Below are positions 9,066-16,730 of a stretch of 24,000 nt of DNA, in pieces. The position numbers were made by a program, and so were the translations under genes. The stretch lies in NCBI RefSeq assembly GCF_059719535.1, contig NZ_AP045773.1; one strand, 5' to 3'. Within the stretch, counting starts at the first letter, position 1, and each line of letters opens with the position of its first letter. Below the pieces are notes generated by a model. It worked only from the letters and a program-made list of their open reading frames with translations, had not been told where the DNA came from and searched no databases.

Positions 9066-9648
9066 TGAATACCCTGATGGTGAACACGTATTATGATTTC
9101 AGAAACAGCAGTGCTTTCACTCCGTGGGTATCAGCCGGACTGGGTTATGCGCGGGTACATCATAAGGCAACATACACCGATACCTCCTGGAATAAATCAG
9201 GTGAAGTAAGTGATGCTTCTTCATTACATTACTCGGGATATGATAACAATTTCGCATGGAGCCTTGGTGTTGGCGTGAAATATGAGGTCACCCCGGATTT
9301 CAGTCTTGACCTTGCTTATCGCTATCTTGATGCAGGTGATTCAACCCTGACGTATGAAGACGGGCAGGATACATATAAATCCTCTGTTAATGTCAGAAGT
9401 AACGAATTTACGTTAGGTGCTACATACAGCTTCTGAATGTAATATCTGACTACACGTTGTTAAATTCAAAATCGCAGCGTGTGGTCTGATTTGATAGTTT
9501 AATACAACAGACACGTACCTTCATGGCACTTCCTCAGCCCCCGGTTACATTCATTTGTACCAGATGTAAGTGGCGTAAAACCATTGTCCAAATAGTGGTT
9601 CTAAAAGATTAGATACTCATTTAGATATTATATAGCATAAGGTGATAT

Positions 9649-10002
9649 ATGGGATTTTGGGATGCTATAATGGGATTCGGTAAGCTTGCTTCTAATGCTG
9701 CTGCTGAAACGATGAAAAAAGCTAATTTCAATGTGTGGGATAAAATAAAATCATCTCCGGTAGAAAGAATTAACGATTTTTATAACCAAAATAATACATC
9801 TGAGCATAATCGGCCAGCATGCAGAGGATTGGCTATTGCTGCTCTATGTTTTAGGGGGGATTGGAGCGGGGAGCGTTTATGGCGTGAAGATCAGGAGGCT
9901 GCTAATTGGTTAAAGAATTTTAGAATAAAAATTTCACTGGATACATGTGATTCTGCAGATGAACTACGTAAAATAATCGATCGTCTTACAGAACTGAATT
10001 GA
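9649..10002 (+). CDS. Hypothetical protein, first gene of the AT-rich cassette
   Basis: 117 aa MGFWDAIMGFGKLASNAAAETMKKANFNVWDKI..., preceded by AAGGTGA at ribosome-binding distance. No family recognised. Confidence 0.75.
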   Translation: MGFWDAIMGFGKLASNAAAETMKKANFNVWDKIKSSPVERINDFYNQNNTSEHNRPACRGLAIAALCFRGDWSGERLWREDQEAANWLKNFRIKISLDTCDSADELRKIIDRLTELN

Positions 10003-10092
10003 TTACTGGAGGTGAAGTTATTTTTATAGGGATAAATCGAAAATATTTACATGTCCCTGTAAGTGTTATTTATATATCGAGAGTGTGAGCCA

Positions 10093-10284
10093 ATGATTTT
10101 TCCCTGTCCACCCATTACATTTATCTGTACAAATTGTCAATGGAGTAAAACTATTATTCATATGAATTGTACAGCAGGATTTTATGAATGTCCTGTGTGT
10201 GGAGAGAAAGTTATTTATAAACGTAAGGCTACAATTACAGAAAATCTTTTTGCCAGAGCAATACAATTGTTTCTCAAAAAATAA
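10093..10284 (+). CDS. Small zinc-ribbon protein
   Basis: 63 aa from ATG 10093: MIFPCPPITFICTNCQWSKTIIH...GFYECPVCGEKVIYKRK. The pair CxxC...CxxC (CTNC, CPVC) is a classic Cys4 ribbon. Preceded by GTGTGAG. Confidence 0.7.
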   Translation: MIFPCPPITFICTNCQWSKTIIHMNCTAGFYECPVCGEKVIYKRKATITENLFARAIQLFLKK

Positions 10285-10375
10285 TATTATTTAATTGGTG
10301 ATAATACTGGTGTTCCGATATCTGTCGGAGATAGTTTTTAGAAAGTGATTGTGAAATTTTTAGGTGTTTTGTTGT

Positions 10376-11032
10376 ATGACTGATAATGAAAATATTCTCA
10401 CGCCATCAAAAATCATAAAATTTCTGGATTACGCTTATGAAAAATCCATCGATGGTATTGGTATCCCAGGAATTGATACGGCACATAGTCTTGCGGAAAG
10501 TTATCTGAAAACGGGTAGTAGTTTAAAAGAACAGATAAATAGCCTTATTCGATGGCAAAATACCAAGTCAGCCACATCAGGTTTTCTTACTGGTCTTGGA
10601 GGAATTATTACATTACCAGTAACTATACCGACCAATATTTCAAGTGTCCTTTTCATTCAGGTCAGGATGGTTGCATCTATTGCGATCATGTGTGGCCAGG
10701 ATATTCGTGATGATAAAGTCAGAACTATTGTTTATACCTGTCTTGTAGGTAATGCTGCGAAAGATATTTTGAAGGAAGCAGGAATTCAGATAGGACAAAA
10801 GTTGACAACAAATGCAATTAGATGTATTAGTAAAGATATTATTGTAAAGATAAATAAGGCAGTCGGTTTCAGACTGCTTACAAAAACAGGTGCTACTGGT
10901 GTTATTAATATGTCAAAGTTTGTTCCTGTTGTAGGAGGAATCGTTGGTGGTAGTCTTGATGCGATAACAACCAACATCGTTGGTAATTATGCCAGAGATA
11001 CATTCCTGAGTTTGATTGATAATGATTTATAA
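10376..11032 (+). CDS. EcsC-family protein
   Basis: 218 aa from ATG 10376. The region GIGIPGIDTAHSLAESYL...RWQNTKSATSGFLTGLGGIITLPVTIPTNISSVLFIQVRMVASIAIMCGQDIRDDKVRTIVYTCLVGNA resembles EcsC-family proteins and is hydrophobic with a Gly-rich tail (KFVPVVGGIVGGSLDAITTNIVGNYARDTF). Confidence 0.82.
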   Translation: MTDNENILTPSKIIKFLDYAYEKSIDGIGIPGIDTAHSLAESYLKTGSSLKEQINSLIRWQNTKSATSGFLTGLGGIITLPVTIPTNISSVLFIQVRMVASIAIMCGQDIRDDKVRTIVYTCLVGNAAKDILKEAGIQIGQKLTTNAIRCISKDIIVKINKAVGFRLLTKTGATGVINMSKFVPVVGGIVGGSLDAITTNIVGNYARDTFLSLIDNDL

Positions 11033-11328
11033 AATAAACGTTTCATAAAAAATAGTATTTGAGGTGTGCTGACGATAGTGGATACTGTAGTATTATTGTT
11101 TCAAGTTGCACAAATTTTAACTAACATTAGGTGTAAAATTATCCTGACTGGCAGGTAATACTGCCGCTTAATATGGAAAGGTTGTATTAAACTGCAAGGA
11201 GAATTTCATCGCATATCCTTACCCACAAAATTGGGTAGGGCAAGATCATGAACGTTTTTTGAACAAAAATAGAGTGATTGACCTGCTGAGCCTGTTGTGA
11301 TCTTATGCTTTCTTTTAGAGGCATAAAG

Positions 11329-11424
11329 ATGAACATCAATACTATTAAGCAGCATTTTTCCACATCCGTTCAATCGGATTCAGATTCGGACTATAAGGAG
11401 GAAGGTAATGCAACCTTATATTGA
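11329..11424 (+). CDS. Possible small ORF of 31 aa
   Basis: ATG 11329 after TTAGAGG encodes MNINTIKQHFSTSVQSDSDSDYKEEGNATLY. Plausible but unsupported by homology. Confidence 0.25.
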   Translation: MNINTIKQHFSTSVQSDSDSDYKEEGNATLY

Positions 11425-11550
11425 CCACTTCCGCCCAGTCCTTTACTAACTGTGAGCGGTGGTAACCGCAGGGCAATCGCATGAAAAATAATGATACGTG
11501 ACATGCAGGATAAATATGTCAACATAACCTTTTTTATCAAAGGGATATAT

Positions 11551-12006
11551 TATGTCTCATATACCGCCGGTTACCGATATATTCATCTCAATACATGATC
11601 CCTGTCAGCCCTGGACAAGTCAGGCACACTCTGGTTGATACATTGACCATTGCCGTTTGTGGTGTGCTGGTCGGTGCGGATAATTTTCAGGAAATTGAGC
11701 TCTGGGCAGGCAACGCATTGAGTGGCTCCGCCAGTTTTTTACCTCTAAAAAATGGCATACCTTCCCATGATACATTCGCCCGTCTTTTTGGGCTGATTGT
11801 CCCTGAGCAGTTTGAAGCTGCGTTCCGGCGATGGGGTTCAGAAGTCCTTCCTGTTTTATCTTCTCAGGTAGTCGCTATTGATGGAAAGACAAGTCGTCGC
11901 TCAGGAAGTCGCTGCCAGTCACCTCTTCATCGGGGGAATCAAAGCGCGATGGTTTATTGCAGCGACCTCGGTTGACTATATGCCTGCTCTTCTGGGGCTT
12001 AGCTGA
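11551..12006 (+). pseudogene. ISAs1-family (H-repeat type) transposase remnant, frameshifted and internally deleted
   Basis: HDPCQPW in one frame, then VRHTLVDTLTIAVCGVLVGADNFQEIELWAGNAL...FLPLKNGIPSHDTFARLFGLIVPEQFEAAFRRW...VVAIDGKTSRRSG in the ORF 11595-11975, then jumps to a C-terminal-like tail GIKARWFIAATSVDYMPALLGLS* in a third frame. Start approximate. Confidence 0.82.
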
Positions 12007-12076
12007 GTTTCATTACATTTGTCCAGGTCAGGGGGAAGATCCTTACTGACCCCGGAATGGCATCCTGGTGCAGATA

Positions 12077-13132
12077 TTACTGATATTTCAGACTGTTCTG
12101 AAAGCAAATGTCTGCGGGGATCAGTTCTCCGGAAAACGGTAACATCCAGGGCCAGATCTCCTCCCCGTTCAATGTCCGTAATTTCTGAACGATTTCCTCA
12201 GAAAGACGATCATCAATTCTTTCCCGTAAGAGCTCCCGCTGCTGAAAAATGCTTTCATTCATTTCCTGATCATCTGCCCTTAACAGCATTTCAGCACACT
12301 TCATGAATTCAGCCCGTTCGCTCAGTACGCCAGACTGGTTGTAGAGCCAGTTAACAAATAACAATGCCTCGGGATATTTTCCCCATAACGGGCAGAATGT
12401 TTCATAATACTGTCTGGCTGTATCCGGCTCAGATGAATAATCATGCCAAAGGGCAAGCGGGAAGGGGTACAGATTTCCGCATAGAATCTCCGCGATATAA
12501 GTATTTTCTGCAAAGCCGCGCCGGAAAGCTGTCGCTGCCTTCACCGGCTCTCCATTAATAAAATGCAGAAGACCAAGCTCATACCAGTAAGGCGAAAATT
12601 CATCTGCATACTGCCGGAGAACACAGAGAGCCCGTTCATGGTCACCAGAACGCAACAGTTCCGGTCCCAGTAACCAGCGTGCTCCCGGATTATCTGAAGG
12701 ATTGTAAGCCAGAATTTTATCAATGAGCATGACAGCATTCTGATGATGCTGCAGGTGCACATTCGCGAGGATGGCGGCGTAAAGGGCATTCAGAAAGGGC
12801 CTGTTTTCCGGATGTAACCAGCTGATTTCACCGGTGAAACCTTCAGGTATCAGTCGGTTACCTGCCGCCAGTCCTTTGAGTGCAATATTCAGCGCTTTTC
12901 GCGGTGTCTCCTGCTCCAGAAAGGCATATGCCATGTATGCATACGCATCAATAAAATCCGGTTCCTGTTGTGTGATACGCTTCAGGGCATTGATATAAGA
13001 CCTGTCGCTGATCTCATCCTCGTCAAAGGAGTCAAGCAGTTCGTTAAACTTCTCCAGTAGTGATTCATACCAGGTTTCCGGGAAAATGAAGCAGCCCTGA
13101 TTATTCTTCACTTCAAAGCGTAATCTGTTCAT
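12077..13132 (-). CDS. TPR-like (tetratricopeptide) hypothetical protein
   Basis: 351 aa with helical repeat-like segments (AYAYMAYAFLEQETPRKALNIALKGLAAG; NAVMLIDKILAYNPSDNPGARWLLGPELLRSGDHERALCVLRQY; ELGLLHFINGEPVKAATAFRRGF). Confidence 0.75.
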   Translation of the reverse strand: MNRLRFEVKNNQGCFIFPETWYESLLEKFNELLDSFDEDEISDRSYINALKRITQQEPDFIDAYAYMAYAFLEQETPRKALNIALKGLAAGNRLIPEGFTGEISWLHPENRPFLNALYAAILANVHLQHHQNAVMLIDKILAYNPSDNPGARWLLGPELLRSGDHERALCVLRQYADEFSPYWYELGLLHFINGEPVKAATAFRRGFAENTYIAEILCGNLYPFPLALWHDYSSEPDTARQYYETFCPLWGKYPEALLFVNWLYNQSGVLSERAEFMKCAEMLLRADDQEMNESIFQQRELLRERIDDRLSEEIVQKLRTLNGEEIWPWMLPFSGELIPADICFQNSLKYQ

Positions 13133-13463
13133 ATGCTGAATCTGTTGTAAATCTGGAAAAACTTATAGTTCTCCAAGAATAAAGCCCACGGCAGTTTGTA
13201 TCAAGTTTCTTCTCACACCGGTAACAGCCGGCCAGAGCTATTTTTGTGTTAGTCATGGATTCATTCTTTCAATGAGGAGCAATCAGCCTGACTGGTAATG
13301 ATGCTGTAGAAATGTGACTACGAGGTCAGAACAGCAGTGTGCTGCTATATGAAAATGACGATGTGAAGCTACCATCATTTTGGGTGGGGTATCTTCGCTC
13401 ATCAGATGATATTGAGTATGTCGCCTGAAGGCAGAAATCAAAAAATACAAATGGTAGTTAACT

Positions 13464-13490
13464 CCCCACCAACCGCTGTGGTTGGTGGGG
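13464..13490 (-). terminator. Strong hairpin just downstream of the integrase gene
   Basis: CCCCACCAACC-gctgt-GGTTGGTGGGG, a perfect 11-bp stem 9 bp past the integrase stop. No U-tract, so termination is only inferred. Confidence 0.45.
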
Positions 13491-13498
13491 GTGATGGC

Positions 13499-14692
13499 TT
13501 ATTTCGTTTTTACGTTTTTCTCCATAAGTGAATCAATGTAATCAGCGTACCACTGCATCATTTCACGACGTCCATCCAGATATTGCGCATGGTTATAAGT
13601 GCCACGCATGACGTTTTTATCAACATGAGCAAGCTGGAGTTCAATCCAGGCTGAGCTGAAATCATGGTCATGGAGAATGGTGCTGAAGGTATGACGAAAT
13701 CCGTGGGCTGTTGTCAGGGCATGCCAGCCTGACTGCTCAAGGAATTCATTGATACACTTGCGGTTTCGCGGGAGATCTTTTCTGAATGCACCAGGAATAA
13801 TAAAGGCGGAATTACGCGATTCAGTGCGTGTTTTTATCTCCTCCAGTAACGCCAGTACCTGCCGTGAAAGCGGCACAACGTGCGGTCGTCGCATTTTCAT
13901 TCTTTCTTTCGGAATAACCCACAGGGCCTCCGTGAAATTAATTTCGTCCCAGGTTGCCAGTCGCAGTTCTCCGGTGCGAACAGCGGTCAGAACCAGCATC
14001 CGCGTTGCCAGCGACATCAGATTTCCGGAAGCCGTTATCTGATACATGAAAGCTCCTATCTGTTCTTCAGAAAGCGTCCTGCGCTGTTGTTTTTCAGGAG
14101 GAAGCAGTACCCCGCTGAGTGTCGATGCCGGATTAACGGTTGCACGCCCTGTTGCTATGGCATAATCAAAAACCTGCGCACAGAGCTGGCGTGTTTTACG
14201 CAGTGCTTCAAGTTTTCCCTGTTCTTCTATAGTCCTCAGGACGTTCAGTATTTCCATGGGGCGGATCCCGGTCACAGGACGGTTTCCAAGAGCAGGGAAA
14301 ACATGATTTTCAAGTCTTGCACGCTGGTCTGCCTGGTAACCTGTTGTCCATCGACGTGCCATATGAGTAAGCAGCTCCTCTGCAATGGTGCGAAATGTGC
14401 AGGCCATACTTTCCCTGATGGCAAGTTTTCGCGCCTGTTTTTCATACGACGGATCTTTACCTTCAGCCAGAAGTTTACGTGCTTCATCCCGCTTCTGACG
14501 AGCCTGAGCCAGTGATATGTCAGGATAGACACCAATCACCAGTTTCTTTTCCTTACCGGCAAACCGGTACTTCAGATTCCAGTAACGGGCACCGGATTTT
14601 TTGACAAGAAGATAAAGGCCCTGACCGTCAGAAAGTTTGTAATCCTTGTCAGCAGGTTTAGCCGACTCAATTTGTCGAACAGTAAGTGGCAT
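13499..14692 (-). CDS. P4-type tyrosine recombinase/integrase of the island
   Basis: 397 aa MPLTVRQIESAKPADKDYKLSDGQGLYLLVKKSGARYWNLKYRFAGKEKKLVIGVYPDISLAQAR... with catalytic motifs LTAVRTGEL, HGFRHTFSTILH and HVDKNVMRGTYNHAQYL. Confidence 0.96.
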   Translation of the reverse strand: MPLTVRQIESAKPADKDYKLSDGQGLYLLVKKSGARYWNLKYRFAGKEKKLVIGVYPDISLAQARQKRDEARKLLAEGKDPSYEKQARKLAIRESMACTFRTIAEELLTHMARRWTTGYQADQRARLENHVFPALGNRPVTGIRPMEILNVLRTIEEQGKLEALRKTRQLCAQVFDYAIATGRATVNPASTLSGVLLPPEKQQRRTLSEEQIGAFMYQITASGNLMSLATRMLVLTAVRTGELRLATWDEINFTEALWVIPKERMKMRRPHVVPLSRQVLALLEEIKTRTESRNSAFIIPGAFRKDLPRNRKCINEFLEQSGWHALTTAHGFRHTFSTILHDHDFSSAWIELQLAHVDKNVMRGTYNHAQYLDGRREMMQWYADYIDSLMEKNVKTK

Positions 14693-14712
14693 GAGTTACC
14701 CCTGAAATGTAG

Positions 14713-14818
14713 CCCCCAGAATAGCCCCCAAAATCATCTTGATGTTCATGGAATATGATTGACCCCCAGAGAAAAGGAATTTCTGATGATATCTTATTTC
14801 AAAGGGGGTTAAAGGGGG
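14713..14818. repeat. Cluster of CCCCC/GGGGG tracts between the integrase and ypfG
   Basis: Direct repeats AGCCCCCA at about 14711 and 14723, CCCCC at 14763, then GGGGG at 14804 and 14814 (AAAGGGGG twice, 10 bp period). Confidence 0.5.
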
Positions 14819-14918
14819 AGGGGTTAGCTCTGTTGAAATCAGTTGATATCAATAGATCCTCCCCAGAGGGGCGAGGAGACAGTCTGTGCGCTTTTTAGGG
14901 GCGCATCTGGGATTTTGT

Positions 14919-15962
14919 TTAACGGGTGATCCACAACGTGGGCCAGGCGTCTGGCCCATGCCAGTTATCGCAGGTGGGTTCTGCGGCGTAACGCACCAGG
15001 CGAAAACGCTGACCGTCAAAGCGCCAGCGCGCCTGAATGCCACAATCGCTTAATCCGCGCCCTTTCGCTAAGGTCACCAGTTCACGCGATTTCTCATCAA
15101 ATGTTGCGTTCATCAGTTCCAGTTCATTCGTCTCCTGACCGTTGTTGAACGGCAAACGCAACCGAACCGGGCGCGAGGCTAGCGGCTTTTTACGCGACAC
15201 AATCCATGCCAAATCAATGGTGTTATAGGCCCCTGCCTCACAGCTAATCATCATCAGTGCTTTATCATCGGTCAGCGCAGTGACATTCACCTCACGACGT
15301 AACGGATCAAGCGAGCAGCGCAGACCATTCATCCGCCAGTTTCCATAATCCAGCAAATCGTTGCGTTCTTCGAGTGAGAGTGGCGTCGGCGTTGGGTTAA
15401 CCACCGCGACCTCTTTCAGCGCAGGCGCGGGCGGTACGCTGAGCGGCGGTTCGTCCCCTTTCTTTATCCACGCGGTTTCACTGCCAACGCGCTTTTGCTG
15501 AGCATCAATAAACAACAACGCCGCTTTTAAGCCATTCAGAGAAATGGTCTGATTGCCATCGCGTAAGGTGATTGCCTTCCCTTCCTGAATCAGCTGCAAA
15601 AACGCGGTGATGGTTGCCGTATCATCGGTTACTAGTAACCATGGTGAAATCCGCCACTTGTCACCACTTAACGCCAACGGCTCACCATCTAACAGCAGCC
15701 GTGGCGCTATCTCCCCTTCAGACGCATCCGGCGACTTCAACCCGCCGCGCTCAATACGTAAAACGGCATCGGTATGCGCCCCGGCGCTGCGGCTCAGGGT
15801 CATCACCAGTCCGTTATGATCGCCCGTATTACGCGCCACGCAGAAGTTTTGGTTATTACAGGTGACCTGCCAGTCGGAAAACGCCCGTTGCGCTGGTGCC
15901 GCCCACACCAAAGACGTCGGCAACAAAGCGAAAAAAAAGAGAAGGAAAATGCGATAGCGCAT
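14919..15962 (-). CDS. ypfG: YpfG, DUF1176-type periplasmic protein
   Basis: 347 aa with signal peptide MRYRIFLLFFFALLPTSLVWA, recognised as YpfG. Located next to nudK as in E. coli backbone. Confidence 0.92.
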   Translation of the reverse strand: MRYRIFLLFFFALLPTSLVWAAPAQRAFSDWQVTCNNQNFCVARNTGDHNGLVMTLSRSAGAHTDAVLRIERGGLKSPDASEGEIAPRLLLDGEPLALSGDKWRISPWLLVTDDTATITAFLQLIQEGKAITLRDGNQTISLNGLKAALLFIDAQQKRVGSETAWIKKGDEPPLSVPPAPALKEVAVVNPTPTPLSLEERNDLLDYGNWRMNGLRCSLDPLRREVNVTALTDDKALMMISCEAGAYNTIDLAWIVSRKKPLASRPVRLRLPFNNGQETNELELMNATFDEKSRELVTLAKGRGLSDCGIQARWRFDGQRFRLVRYAAEPTCDNWHGPDAWPTLWITR

Positions 15963-16087
15963 GGACGGTACGACCCCAGAAGTTCAAACAAACAGCACAA
16001 GTCGTATCTTCGTTGCGCAGGTAGCGCGGCTCAATCGGATTTGTCGGATTGAGCCAATAATAAACAACGAAATATTATTGTTATTTT

Positions 16088-16663
16088 TCAGTCCATTAAA
16101 TGTGACGTTTGCAAATAGTTAAGCAATAACACCGTCTTACCGTCACGTATCTCGCCGGTTTTAATCATCTCCAGCGCCTGGCTGAACGGCAGCTCAAGCA
16201 CTTCAATATCTTCATCTTCGACACCACCACCGGCGTTAGCGCGCTGGCTGTCACTGTATTCGGCGATAAAAAAGTGGATTAGCTCAGTCACACCGCCAGG
16301 CGACATATACAGTTCAAATAATTTGCGCACTTCGCCCACTTCATAGCCCGTCTCTTCAATTGCTTCTTTGCGAATGCACACTTCCGGTTCGTCGTTATCC
16401 AGCAGCCCGGCGCAGGTTTCAATCAGCTGCCCGCTTTCATTGCCATTAACCCAGGTAGCGACACGGAACTGACGAATCAGAACCACGGTCTTTTTCTTCG
16501 CGTTGTACAGGAGGATCGTCGCACCATTACCGCGATCGTAAACTTCACGTTTATGACGGATAACTTCGCCATCTTTGCGCGTGAGATCGTAAGTAATGTT
16601 GTGCAGGGTGAAATAGTTATCGGAGAGAATTTTGTCTTTAATGAGGGTGATTTGTTGCGTCAT
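16088..16663 (-). CDS. nudK: GDP-mannose pyrophosphatase NudK (Nudix hydrolase)
   Basis: 191 aa from [27 protein letters not shown]. Nudix-like box [27 protein letters not shown]. The longer ORF to 16690 begins upstream of the usual start. Confidence 0.95.
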   Translation of the reverse strand: MTQQITLIKDKILSDNYFTLHNITYDLTRKDGEVIRHKREVYDRGNGATILLYNAKKKTVVLIRQFRVATWVNGNESGQLIETCAGLLDNDEPEVCIRKEAIEETGYEVGEVRKLFELYMSPGGVTELIHFFIAEYSDSQRANAGGGVEDEDIEVLELPFSQALEMIKTGEIRDGKTVLLLNYLQTSHLMD

Positions 16664-16730
16664 ACCGACTCCACAGCGCGAAATGAACAATTATCTTACG
16701 CTGTGAAGTCGGGTTTGTCTGCGCAGGCTA

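Larger units (their letters stand above)
7349..9436 (+). pseudogene. Tia/Hek-family-like outer-membrane beta-barrel adhesin/invasin, interrupted by IS10
   Basis: 5' part 7349-7727 encodes signal peptide + GFYITGKAGASVITQDNQRFSQDFGDD...GAGLAVGYDFYQHYNVPVRTEVEFYG. 3' part 9066-9436 encodes NTLMVNTYYDFRNSSAFTPWVSAGLGYARVHHK...LDLAYRYLDAG...LGATYSF. Removing IS10 plus one TSD copy gives 379+371 = 750 nt, an in-frame 249-codon ORF reading ...QNRLSVNTLMVNTYYDF... The barrel assignment is strong; the Tia/Hek name is from recalled similarity. Confidence 0.85.

Noticed and set aside
12019-12306. 95 aa + strand ORF opposite the end of the TPR-like gene
   Set aside because: Mostly antisense to the TPR-like CDS and no motif; likely shadow ORF.
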